From an uncultured Chloroflexia bacterium (GTDB lineage: Bacteria > Chloroflexota > UBA6077 > JACCZL01), in NCBI GenBank assembly GCA_963765765.1, contig CAVXYC010000023.1:256001-320000 (forward strand): a stretch of DNA of 64,000 nt, in the 5' to 3' direction. The notes beneath the pieces were generated by a model. That model did no database searches and was not told the origin of the DNA. It saw nothing but the letters and a program-made list of their open reading frames with translations. Below are positions 50,472 to 59,383 of the stretch, piece by piece (position 1 is the first letter of the stretch; every line of letters starts with the position of its first letter). The translations under genes and the position numbers were made by a program.

Positions 50472-52589
50472 CTACGACGACCCGGCTCTCTCAATCGGCA
50501 GCCGCATGACCAAAAGCGCTCCGCCATCGGATGGACACTGCGCCGTGAGGGTGCCGCCGTGGCGATTGATGATCTCTCGCGAGATATAGAGACCCAGCCC
50601 AAGGCCATTGAGGTGATCGGCCGTCCCGGACTGATGAAACGGGTGCACGAGACCTTCGAGAAGCTCCGGTTTCAAGCCGGGACCGAAGTCGCGTACACAG
50701 ATGACTGCCTCCGTACCCGCCTGGTGAACGTCGACTTCGATGGGGCGATCAGGATGGTTGTATTTCTGCGCATTGCTGAGCAGGTTCACGAGGACCTGCT
50801 CAATACGGTCTGGATCGACCATTGCCAGAAGCTCATCAGGAGCGTTGATGACCACCGAACCGCGCTCTGTCCGGTAGTCCATGGTGCTCACGATGCCCCG
50901 TGTAAGGTCCACGAGATCCACAAGCTCGAATTGAAGTGCCAGACGGCCCGACTCCAGACGGCTGACGTCGAGAATCTGATCCACCAGCGAGTTTAGTTTG
51001 ACTGCTTGACGGTCGATCACCTGGAGCGATCGATTGAGCTCGGCCGAGGTCGGCGTATCTCCGCGATTAAGCCTCCTAGTAATAAGTTGCGTAAATCCGC
51101 GTAGGCTCGTGAGGGGCGTCTTGAGCTCATGAGCGGCAGCGGAGAGAAACAGCTCACGTTGTCGAAGCGCCTCCTCAGCGGCGGTGCGGGCGCGAAGCTC
51201 CGATTCATACGCGCCGAGACGAACCAGAGCATGGCTGCACTGATTGGCAAAGGCGCTCAGAAGCGAGCGCTCCTCAGGCAGGAACGTCTGGCGATGGTAG
51301 TAATTGAAGGCCAGGAACCCGAGCACCGACTCCTCGAAGACGAGCGGCACTGCCACGGCGGCAAGAAAGCCGTTATGACGTAGACGCTCGCGAAGAGCAG
51401 GGCTGAGGTTCTGGGCCTCCGGGACGAACTCCAGGAAGATGGGGCTACGGCCCGTTACTACCAGGCCTCCGAGCGAGTCTTCGTTCGCCGGATAGTTTTG
51501 ATGGGACTCTAGAAATTCATCGGTGTAACCAACGGACCAGAGCAGTCGGAGAGACTCTGTCTCTGTCTCGTATGCCCCGATAGAACCCGCGGCGGCCCCA
51601 AAGAGCGGCACGGCGCGCTGCAGCACGACCTCAGCCACGTCATGGCGTGTCCTGGCATCACAGAGCGCCGCCGTGAGCTCCTGCAGGGACGATAATCTCA
51701 AGAGCGCGTGTTCAGCTTTGTCTCGCTCTTGTCGCTCGGACACGAGGGCCTCGAGCCTGTCGGCCTGACCCTCGTTCCGTTCGGTTGTGTCGCGCAGGAT
51801 CCCAAGCATGCGGACGGCCTTACCATCAACGCTTTGAGTTATCTGGCCTCGCAAGCGAAGCCAGTGGACTGATTGGTCCGCGTGGCAAACGCGCACCTCC
51901 TGGTCAATGTCATCACCGCCGACGGCTGCGAGCGCTAACTGCAATCGCTCCCGGTCATCAGGAAGAGTGCGTTCGATGAGATCCTGCATGCTGCACTTAA
52001 GGTCGCCAGCCTGAGCGCCGAAGAGCTCGGGTATCTCCTCAGACCAAAGGACCCTGTCCATCTTCATATCCCAATCGAAGTGCCCGATCCTCCCCACAAG
52101 ATTTGCGAGCTTGATCCGCTCTTCGGCCGAAGACAGAGCCTCTTGCAGACCCGCTTCTGCGCTTACGTCAGTGAACATGGCTAGCAGTCCGAGCGACTCA
52201 ACGCCGCCATCAAAGAGAGGCAGCAGACTCACGTCCACGGGAAGCCGCGTACCGTCATGGCGAACCAAGCAACAACGAAAGCGCCTGGCCGAAGTGCTAC
52301 TCAAATCCGACGCCATGTCCCAGAAGAGCTGTCGATCATCGCTGTGCACCAGGTCACTCATGGTGCCGGCGAGCAGGCGCTCAGCGCTCAGCCCGAGCAT
52401 GTCGGCCAACCGCGGACTCGCGAAGACGAGATCGCACATTGGCGAAAGGACGCACACACCTTCGGCAGCCGCCATGATCATCGGCTCGCAACGACCGACC
52501 AGGTCAAGTAAATCGCGGCACTCGCTGGGGCTCACCTGGTGACTGTTGTACGTGGTGGAAGTCCTCGTAGGCAGAGCAAGGCGACCCAA
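50472..52589 (-). CDS. PAS-PAS-GAF sensor histidine kinase (start uncertain)
   Basis: H-box AAHELKTPL, N-box NLLSNAQKY, DFGPG, GLGLGL; upstream PAS and GAF motifs. No cognate response regulator is adjacent. Confidence 0.88.
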   Translation of the reverse strand: MGRLALPTRTSTTYNSHQVSPSECRDLLDLVGRCEPMIMAAAEGVCVLSPMCDLVFASPRLADMLGLSAERLLAGTMSDLVHSDDRQLFWDMASDLSSTSARRFRCCLVRHDGTRLPVDVSLLPLFDGGVESLGLLAMFTDVSAEAGLQEALSSAEERIKLANLVGRIGHFDWDMKMDRVLWSEEIPELFGAQAGDLKCSMQDLIERTLPDDRERLQLALAAVGGDDIDQEVRVCHADQSVHWLRLRGQITQSVDGKAVRMLGILRDTTERNEGQADRLEALVSERQERDKAEHALLRLSSLQELTAALCDARTRHDVAEVVLQRAVPLFGAAAGSIGAYETETESLRLLWSVGYTDEFLESHQNYPANEDSLGGLVVTGRSPIFLEFVPEAQNLSPALRERLRHNGFLAAVAVPLVFEESVLGFLAFNYYHRQTFLPEERSLLSAFANQCSHALVRLGAYESELRARTAAEEALRQRELFLSAAAHELKTPLTSLRGFTQLITRRLNRGDTPTSAELNRSLQVIDRQAVKLNSLVDQILDVSRLESGRLALQFELVDLVDLTRGIVSTMDYRTERGSVVINAPDELLAMVDPDRIEQVLVNLLSNAQKYNHPDRPIEVDVHQAGTEAVICVRDFGPGLKPELLEGLVHPFHQSGTADHLNGLGLGLYISREIINRHGGTLTAQCPSDGGALLVMRLPIERAGSS

Positions 52590-52621
52590 AGCGACAGTTG
52601 CCGCCGAGGGTCCGCTAGATG

Positions 52622-52882
52622 TCAGGTGAAATGATGGTGAGGAAGGATGCGCAACGCAAGAATGAGTGAAAGAGCCAGCACGGCTCCCAGGGCAATCGAG
52701 CCTAAAGGCCCACCCAGTGCGTCGCCGAACAACGCGTGGGCCGCAACGCCGCCAAAAATCGACCCGAAAGCTCCGCCGATCAGATCATCGATTAAGCGAT
52801 ATCCGAAGAGATACTGACCGGAACACCAGCCCACGACCAATCCAAGGGCAGTCCAGATAATGAGCATGGTGGGGTCGACCAT
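52622..52882 (-). CDS. GlsB/YeaQ/YmgE (transglycosylase-associated) family stress membrane protein
   Basis: IIWTALGLVVGW...DLIGGAFGSIFGG...SIALGAVLA; AAGGAG RBS. Confidence 0.7.
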   Translation of the reverse strand: MVDPTMLIIWTALGLVVGWCSGQYLFGYRLIDDLIGGAFGSIFGGVAAHALFGDALGGPLGSIALGAVLALSLILALRILPHHHFT

Positions 52883-52931
52883 TTGAGAAGGATCTCCTTG
52901 CTGAATCGTCCAAAGGCAAAGATCGCTAGCA

Positions 52932-52947
52932 AGCAAGATCCGTGCCA
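52932..52947 (-). promoter_or_regulatory. Putative sigma54 promoter
   Basis: TGGCACGGATCTTGCT on the minus strand, a near-perfect TGGCAC-N5-TTGC match. Confidence 0.7.
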
Positions 52948-52994
52948 ACTCAACGCGGGGTCAGCCAGCACACCCAAGATATTGACTCGAAATA

Positions 52995-53038
52995 GAAATA
53001 ACGGCCCTGCAACACAAAGGAGGCAAGGCCGTTATTTC
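52995..53038 (-). terminator. Terminator-like hairpin after the CsbD-family gene
   Basis: GAAATAACGGCC ... GGCCGTTATTTC. Confidence 0.6.
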
Positions 53039-53065
53039 GCTTTTCAGAAGTAAGGAATCAGACGT

Positions 53066-53245
53066 TTATCGTCGGGCTTCTTCACTATCTTTGTTATCGA
53101 TCTCGTCACGAACGTCACCGAGCGTGTCCTTGACCTCGCCCTGTGCCTGTTTGGCTTTGCCCTTGGCCTCGTCGACCTTGTCCCCCGTCACCTTCCCTTT
53201 GATTTCTTCCGCCTTACCTGAGATCTTGTCGTCCAAGCCGGCCAT
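53066..53245 (-). CDS. CsbD family stress protein (59 aa, not in ORF track)
   Basis: MAGLDDKISGKAEEIKGKVTGDKVDEAKGKAKQAQGEVKDTLGDVRDEIDNKDSEEARR; TAAGGAG RBS. Confidence 0.85.
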   Translation of the reverse strand: MAGLDDKISGKAEEIKGKVTGDKVDEAKGKAKQAQGEVKDTLGDVRDEIDNKDSEEARR

Positions 53246-53295
53246 AATTGTTACTCCTTAACTGCCCCGGTGGGGCAGTGTCCATCGAAAGGACA

Positions 53296-53311
53296 AGCAA
53301 AAGACGTGCCG
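53296..53311 (-). promoter_or_regulatory. Putative sigma54 promoter
   Basis: CGGCACGTCTTTTGCT on the minus strand, 50 nt upstream of the CsbD-family ATG. Confidence 0.7.
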
Positions 53312-53400
53312 GGCTGGATTTCCCTGGACGCCAGGCTCTTCGATGCGTCCATCACCTGCAGCGTGCTAGGCTCACGTAGCGCGTGCCGGAGGCGCAATTC

Positions 53401-54183
53401 ATGAACGCATTCTTCATCGTCATTGTTGTCTTCGCCGTCTTCCTTCTCCTGTCTTCAGTTCGCGTGGTTCAGGAGTATGAGCGCGGAGTCGTGTTTCGCC
53501 TCGGGCGACTAACCGGCCCCCGCGGCCCGGGACTGATTTTGCTCATTCCCGGTATCGAGCGGATGGTGAAGGTCGACCTGCGCGTCATCACACTCGATGT
53601 TCCGGCGCAAGAAGTCATTACCCGCGACAACGTGACGGTGCGTGTGAATGCTGTCGTGTACTACAAGGTCGTGGAGCCTCGGAACGCCGTGGTGCAGGTA
53701 TTCGACTTCAACCGTGCGACTTCGCTGATTTCTCAGACGACGCTCCGTAGCGTGCTTGGTCAGTCGGATCTCGACGAGCTGCTTTCAAAGCGAGACCAGG
53801 TCAACCAGGAGCTCCAACGGATTATCGATCTCTCAACGGAGTCATGGGGCGTTAAAGTCACCTCGGTTGAGGTGCGCGATATCGAGCTGCCACACGAGAT
53901 GCAACGGGCTATGGCACGGCAGGCCGAAGCCGAGCGTGAGAAGCGTGCAAAGGTCATTCACGCTCAGGGTGAGTATGACGCGGCCACCCAGCTCGCCGCC
54001 GCCGCGCACGTGATTCGCAGTCACCCGGCGGGACTGCAGCTTCGCTACTTGCAGACGATGACTGAGATCGCAACGGAAAAGAGCCAGACGATTGTCTTCC
54101 CGTTGCCCATCGACCTGCTGGAGAAGGTGCTTGCGAAGTTGAGGTCCTCAGGCGGGTCTTCGAATGGATCGAAGGCGACGTAG
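53401..54183 (+). CDS. SPFH/band-7 stomatin-like (slipin) protein
   Basis: VQEYERGVVFRLGR, QEVITRDNV, QTTLRSVLG, RQAEAEREKRAK, LQLRYLQT. Confidence 0.93.
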   Translation: MNAFFIVIVVFAVFLLLSSVRVVQEYERGVVFRLGRLTGPRGPGLILLIPGIERMVKVDLRVITLDVPAQEVITRDNVTVRVNAVVYYKVVEPRNAVVQVFDFNRATSLISQTTLRSVLGQSDLDELLSKRDQVNQELQRIIDLSTESWGVKVTSVEVRDIELPHEMQRAMARQAEAEREKRAKVIHAQGEYDAATQLAAAAHVIRSHPAGLQLRYLQTMTEIATEKSQTIVFPLPIDLLEKVLAKLRSSGGSSNGSKAT

Positions 54184-54207
54184 CCACGCGCCGTGTGACT
54201 GCCTGGT

Positions 54208-55136
54208 TCAGCTTTGGCCCGCTACCAGCAAGCTCAATAACGCCATTCGCACAAAAAGTCCATTGGCCGCTTGACGGAAGCAGGCGATGCGCGGATCGGA
54301 ATCCAGGCTGGAATCCAGCTCTGGTCCCCGCGGTAGAGGATGAAGCACTACGGCGTTCGGCCGCATACGCTCCAAAGCGGCGGCATCGATCCGATAAGTC
54401 TCGTCGGCGGCGTTGTAGCGTTGGGCCATGACCATTCGTTCGGTGTGCGCTCTGGTCAAGTACACCACGTCGACGTTAGGCGCCACGGCACTCAAGTCGA
54501 CGGTTTCGTCGAATTCGACATTGGCCGCGGTGAGCTCATCGCGCAGCTCAGCGCGAATTGCGAGCGTCGTCGGTGACACGAAATGCAGGCGAATGTTCGG
54601 GAACTTTGCCAGGATATGCGCCAGCGAGTTGACGGTGCGCTCATGTGTGAGATCGCCCACCAGCGCCACGTCCAGGTCCTCAAGTCGACCCAGCTCCTGG
54701 CGGATCGTGTAAGCATCCAGCAGCGCCTGCGTGGGGTGCTGACCTGGGCCGTCGCCCGCGTTGATCACCGGCACGCCTGAAACTTTCGCTGCTCGAGCAG
54801 CGCCCCCTCTTCGTGGTAGCGAAGCAAAATCGCGTCGTAGTCATAGCAGCTCAGGACACGGATGCGATCCTCGAGCGATTCGTCGTCACGCTCCTCCCGA
54901 TACGGCTCCAGACCACTTACGGTCCCGCCCAACAGCGTCATGGCGCTCTCGAAGGACAGCCGCGTACGCGTGCTCGCCTGATAGAAGAGGTAGAAGAGCC
55001 GCTTTCCGCTGAGCACGCGTGAGTCGCCAAGCTGGTGAATGGACCGCATGGTATCGGCCACAGGGAATAGCGTGTCCTGAAGCCATTCGGCCGAAAACTG
55101 CCGAGCGTCAAGGATGTGCATGGGTGTCACCGGCAA
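54208..55136 (-). CDS. Aspartate-carbamoyltransferase (PyrB)-like transcarbamylase, divergent; frameshift at G-run near 54805
   Basis: STRTRLSFE, PVINAGDG..QHPTQALLD, VGDL, HPLPR, FRQAANG; several substrate-loop residues differ from PyrB. Confidence 0.8.
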
Positions 55137-55228
55137 GAGAGCCTTCCGTGGGGGTTTGGGTCAGCGTGCGCTCGGCGGACCTTAGCATATTCTCTGGGCG
55201 GTGCAGTGCCCGTCAAATGGCTTGCTGC

Positions 55229-55244
55229 TGGTACGCGCCGTGCA
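55229..55244 (+). promoter_or_regulatory. Putative sigma54 promoter
   Basis: TGGTACGCGCCGTGCA, GG-N10-GC, about 55 nt upstream of the LLM gene. Confidence 0.5.
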
Positions 55245-55298
55245 ATCGGGTCGTATCAAGCCGGCCCTACCGGACTATTACGAGCTTGAGAGGTCACT

Positions 55299-56315
55299 GT
55301 GGAATTTGGCTACAAGTTGTCCAGTGAAGAGCACGATCCGCCGAATCTTCTTCGACACGCGGCGAGAGCGGAGGAGGTCGGCTTCCAGTTTGCGATGATC
55401 TCAGACCACTACCACCCCTGGACAGATCAGCAGGGGCAAAGCCCGCTCATCTGGTCAGTACTCGGCGGGGTGGCGCAAGTGACCCGGCAGCTCAAAGTTG
55501 GGACCGCCGTCACCTGTCCGACGTTCCGCTACCATCCGACGATCATTGCCCAGGCCGCGGCCACGGTTGCCTGCATGATGCCCGGACGGTTCATGCTCGG
55601 CGTGGGCTCAGGCGAGAACTTGAACGAGCACATCATCGGCGAAAAGTGGCCGGAGCCGCCGATAAGGTCGGAGATGCTTCGCGAAGCGATTGAGATCATT
55701 CAGACGCTCTGGGAGGGCGGATTCAAGAGCTACTACGGAGAGTACTTCAACGTGGAAAACGCCCGGGTCTACACGCTACCTGATCAGCTTCCACCGATTC
55801 TCGTGGCGGCAAGTGGACCAACCGCGGCGAAGCTCGCAGGCGAATGCGGCGATGGGTTTATCGGGCTCGCTCCGAAGTCGGAGCTGCTTCAAGAGGCAGA
55901 TCAAGCGGCCGGCGTCACACTGCCGAAGTACGCTGAGGTTGCCGTGTGCTGGGCAGAGAGCGAACAGGCCGCGATAGAGACGGCCCACAAGTGGTGGCCA
56001 AACGCGGGCATCTCCGGGCAGCTTTCGCAAGAGCTGCCGCTCCCGCTCCACTTCGAGCAGGCGGCACAGACTGTACGGCCAGAAGATATTGCACAGTCGA
56101 TCGTCTGCGGACCTGACCCGGAGCGGATTGTCGCTCAAGCGAAGTCGTACGCGGATGCAGGGTATGACCACGTCTGGTTCCATCAGATCGGTCCGAACCA
56201 GGAGGGCTTCTTCAATTTCTTTGAGAAGGAGCTTTCGTCTGCGCTCAGCTCCTTAGGGTCGAGCTCGGCGAAAGAGCCGCCGCGGCCCCGCGCGGAAGTA
56301 GTCTCGGGGCCCTAG
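55299..56315 (+). CDS. F420-dependent LLM-class oxidoreductase (G6PDH-like subfamily)
   Basis: YKLSSEEH, ISDHYHPW, GTAVTCP, GVGSGENLNEH, HQIGP. Confidence 0.88.
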   Translation: MEFGYKLSSEEHDPPNLLRHAARAEEVGFQFAMISDHYHPWTDQQGQSPLIWSVLGGVAQVTRQLKVGTAVTCPTFRYHPTIIAQAAATVACMMPGRFMLGVGSGENLNEHIIGEKWPEPPIRSEMLREAIEIIQTLWEGGFKSYYGEYFNVENARVYTLPDQLPPILVAASGPTAAKLAGECGDGFIGLAPKSELLQEADQAAGVTLPKYAEVAVCWAESEQAAIETAHKWWPNAGISGQLSQELPLPLHFEQAAQTVRPEDIAQSIVCGPDPERIVAQAKSYADAGYDHVWFHQIGPNQEGFFNFFEKELSSALSSLGSSSAKEPPRPRAEVVSGP

Positions 56316-56321
56316 CCACGT

Positions 56322-56360
56322 ACTTTTAGAGTGCGGCGAGGATCGCCGCACTCTAAAAGT
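56322..56360. terminator. Bidirectional terminator hairpin
   Basis: ACTTTTAGAGTGCGGCGA-GGA-TCGCCGCACTCTAAAAGT between convergent genes. Confidence 0.75.
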
Positions 56361-56361
56361 G

Positions 56362-56847
56362 CTAGCTTGATCCCGCGGGTGTCCGCGCTCTTCGCAGTTC
56401 GGCCGCTTCCTGGGCTATCCGTCGCTCCAGCACAGGTCCAATGCCCGGGAGCGTTCGTAGCCGTTGAGCGCGTGCCGCCCGCTCCAGATCAATCAGGTGC
56501 GTGATGCCTAACCGTTCACTGATCATCCGTGCTCGCTCCGGGCCAATGCTTGGGACGTCGAGGAGCTCCTCGGCCTCGGGGGCCAGCTCGCGCTTGAGCT
56601 GCTCGTAATAGCCCAGGTGGCCGGTCTCGAGAAACTCAGCCACCTTCTTCGCAATCGCAGTCCCTACCCCAGGAATCCCCTCTAGCACGCCGTCACGGTG
56701 AAGATCGCCAATATCGATAGCCAGGGTCTCGATGGCCCGTGCGGCTTGCGTATAGGCGCGAATGCGGAAATGATCTTCGCGCCGGATCGTGAGTAGCCGA
56801 GCGATGTCATCGAGCATCCGGCTGACTTCTTCGTTTCGTCTGGTCAT
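56362..56847 (-). CDS. Stand-alone PolX N-terminal (lyase/HhH) protein, second copy
   Basis: NEEVSRMLDDIARLL..EDHFRIRAYTQAA, IPGVGTAIAKKV, VPSIGPERA, LPGIGP; no polymerase or PHP domain. Confidence 0.85.
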   Translation of the reverse strand: MTRRNEEVSRMLDDIARLLTIRREDHFRIRAYTQAARAIETLAIDIGDLHRDGVLEGIPGVGTAIAKKVAEFLETGHLGYYEQLKRELAPEAEELLDVPSIGPERARMISERLGITHLIDLERAARAQRLRTLPGIGPVLERRIAQEAAELRRARTPAGSS

Positions 56848-56880
56848 GGTTCGGTCCAGCGCTAAGGTCGTGTCCTGGGT

Positions 56881-56924
56881 TGCAGAGCCCGTGCCGCGGG
56901 AAATCGGCTGGCATATCCCTTGCA
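56881..56924. promoter_or_regulatory. Back-to-back divergent sigma54-like promoters
   Basis: Minus strand CGGCACGGGCTCTGCA (56881-96) and plus strand TGGCATATCCCTTGCA (56909-24). Confidence 0.65.
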
Positions 56925-56970
56925 CCGCCTTTTGCGGCCCGTGGCGAGATAACGAGCGATCGGACGGACA

Positions 56971-58725
56971 ATGGCTGACACGGCTGGCGACGTACTTGTT
57001 GATGTGTTGCGCGCGTGGGGGGTGGAGATCATCTTTGGTCTTCCGGGTGACGGGATCAACGGCATCATGGAGTCACTTCGGAAGCGCAAGGACGAGATCC
57101 GCTTCATTCAAGTTCGCCATGAGGAAGCCGCGGCGTTCATGGCGTGCGGCTACGCCAAGTTCACCGGTAGACTCGGCGTCTGCCTGGCGACATCCGGGCC
57201 GGGTGGCCTCCACCTGCTCAACGGCCTCTATGACGCCAAGATGGACGGCGCGCCTGTGCTGGCGATCACCGGTCACCATTATCACGATCTGATCGATACG
57301 CATTCGCAGCAAGACGTGGACCTCACCCGAGTGTTCGAGGACGTCACCGTCTACAACACCCGAGTGATGAGCAAGGCGCACGTGGAGAACGTAGCCGAGC
57401 TCGCGTGTCGAACAGCGCTGAGCTATAGAGGCGTCAGCCACATTTGCTTCCCCGCGGACCTACAAGATCAGACCGGCAGTGAGATGTCGCCGCGCGTGAA
57501 GAAGGCGCCGCATCACTCATCAAACGTGTTCGCGCATGGGGCCGGCCTACCGGATAGTGCCGATCTTCAGCGCGCTGCCGACGTGCTCAATGCGGGTAAA
57601 AAAGTGGTCATCCTGGCCGGCCAGGGAGCGATTGGCGCGCGCGCTGAGCTAGAGCAGGTGGCGGACGCGCTGGGAGCACCCATCGTTAAAGCGTTGCTGG
57701 GGAAAGCCGCGGTTCCCGACGACAGTCCATACACCACCGGAGGCATTGGGCTGCTAGGCACCCGACCGTCACAAGAAGCGATGGAAGAGTGCGATACGCT
57801 GCTGATCGTTGGCTCGTCCTTCCCCTACCTCGAGTTTTACCCCAAGGCCGGACAAGCTCGGGCGGTGCAAATCGACCTCGATCCACAGCGCATTGGTCTT
57901 CGCTATCAAGTTGAGGTCGGTCTGGTAGGCGATAGCCGAAGGACTCTGCAGGGTCTCTCACCGAGCCTCCACCGTAAGGACGAGCGCGGCTTCCTCGAGA
58001 AGGCGCAAGAAGGCATGCGTGACTGGTGGAAGCTCATGGAAGAGCAAGGAACGCAGACCAGCAAGCCGATGAAGCCTCAGGTGGTTGCCTGGGAGCTCGG
58101 CAAGCGGCTCCGCAACGATGCGATCCTCGCGGCGGATAGCGGTACCAATACCACGTGGTGGGCGCGTCACATCCCCGCTCGGGGTGAGCAGATGCACACG
58201 GTCTCGGGCACCCTGGCCAGCATGGCTTGCGGGCTCCCGTACGCCATCGCCGCCCAGGTCGCGTACCCCGAACGGCAGGTTGTGGCGTTCGTTGGCGATG
58301 GCGGCTACTCCATGCTCATGGCGGAGATGGCCACGGCGGTACGATACCGACTCCCGATCAAGGTGATCGTTGTGAAGAACAATTACCTGGGTCAGATCAA
58401 GTGGGAGCAGATGGCCTTCCTTGGTAATCCCGAGTACGAGGTGGATCTTCAGCCGATCGACTTCGTGCACGCGGCGGAAGCTTGCGGAGCGCGCGGATTG
58501 AGAATCGAGGACCCGGTGGATTGCGGCCGCGTTCTTGACGAGGCATTGGCCGCGCCGGGGCCGGTATTGGTGGAGGCGGTGGTTGACGCCAACGAGCCGC
58601 CCCTACCGCCCAAGATTACCCGTGAGCAAGCAGTGCACTTCGCCGAAGCCCTGGCCAAGGGCGGTCCCGATCGAATGGCTATCCTAAGGAACGCCATGGG
58701 AGCCAAAATTCGCGAGCTTGTGTAA
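56971..58725 (+). CDS. TPP-dependent pyruvate oxidase/dehydrogenase (PoxB/YdaP-like)
   Basis: FGLPGDGING, VRHEEAAAF, TSGPG, SMACGLPYA, GDGGYSM...NN, IKWEQ. Confidence 0.9.
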   Translation: MADTAGDVLVDVLRAWGVEIIFGLPGDGINGIMESLRKRKDEIRFIQVRHEEAAAFMACGYAKFTGRLGVCLATSGPGGLHLLNGLYDAKMDGAPVLAITGHHYHDLIDTHSQQDVDLTRVFEDVTVYNTRVMSKAHVENVAELACRTALSYRGVSHICFPADLQDQTGSEMSPRVKKAPHHSSNVFAHGAGLPDSADLQRAADVLNAGKKVVILAGQGAIGARAELEQVADALGAPIVKALLGKAAVPDDSPYTTGGIGLLGTRPSQEAMEECDTLLIVGSSFPYLEFYPKAGQARAVQIDLDPQRIGLRYQVEVGLVGDSRRTLQGLSPSLHRKDERGFLEKAQEGMRDWWKLMEEQGTQTSKPMKPQVVAWELGKRLRNDAILAADSGTNTTWWARHIPARGEQMHTVSGTLASMACGLPYAIAAQVAYPERQVVAFVGDGGYSMLMAEMATAVRYRLPIKVIVVKNNYLGQIKWEQMAFLGNPEYEVDLQPIDFVHAAEACGARGLRIEDPVDCGRVLDEALAAPGPVLVEAVVDANEPPLPPKITREQAVHFAEALAKGGPDRMAILRNAMGAKIRELV

Positions 58726-58881
58726 CGACTCGCCGAGTGTCTGCTGGCCCTGCCCGCGTCGCCCTGGCATGAAGCCTGCGTCGACTCAGCCCGGCGGGAC
58801 GCTTCTCGCCGATTGGCCCTATCGGCGAAACTCGTGGTTCCATTGGAGTCCAGCATCGGCTGTCAGAGGAAGGGACGAGGC

Positions 58882-59250
58882 ATGAAACTGACAGAAATCA
58901 TGACCCGAGACGTCGTAGTGATTCATCCGAATGCCACGCTGGAGGCTGCCGCCGCTCGGATGGAGCTGCTCAACGTCGGACCATTACCTGTCTGCGATGG
59001 CTATCGGTTAATGGGCATGCTGACCGACCGCGACATCACGGTCCGCGCAACCTCCATGGGGCGGGACCCCAGGACCACGAGGGTGCAAGACGTTATGTCC
59101 ACGAGCGTCGTTGCCTGCCGCGAAGATGACGATGTGAGTAAGGCAGCGAGCCTGATGGAAGAGAAGCAGGTTCGTCGACTCGTGGTCGTCAACGCCAAAA
59201 ATCACATGGTCGGCATGGTATCCCAGAGTGACCTGGGCACTGGCAGTTAG
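58882..59250 (+). CDS. CBS-domain protein
   Basis: EIMTRDVV, GPLPV, GMLTDRDI, QVRRLVVV, GMVS; a weaker GG-N10-GC motif lies at 58765-58780. Confidence 0.9.
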   Translation: MKLTEIMTRDVVVIHPNATLEAAAARMELLNVGPLPVCDGYRLMGMLTDRDITVRATSMGRDPRTTRVQDVMSTSVVACREDDDVSKAASLMEEKQVRRLVVVNAKNHMVGMVSQSDLGTGS

Positions 59251-59277
59251 GCGTCTGGCATTTTGTGCGGACGCAGT

Positions 59278-59377
59278 CGTAGCACGGGCCCTTGTGGCCT
59301 GTGCCTAGGATTCCCCACCCACGATCGATTTCGGTGAAGAGGCGCCCTAGGCACAGGCCACAAGGGCCCGTGCTACG
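59278..59377. repeat. GTAG-type REP-like palindromic element (copy 2)
   Basis: CGTAGCACGGGCCCTTGTGGCCTGTGCCTAGG ... CCTAGGCACAGGCCACAAGGGCCCGTGCTACG; same family as 14978-15100. Confidence 0.85.
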
Positions 59378-59383
59378 TGAGCT

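Noticed and set aside
3690-54810. Programmed ribosomal frameshifting in the ALDH, NIPSNAP, FAH, XPB-like and PyrB-like genes
   Set aside because: The breaks are single-base indels, several at short homopolymers, in unrelated genes and without evident slippery-site/stimulator structures; sequencing error is simpler.
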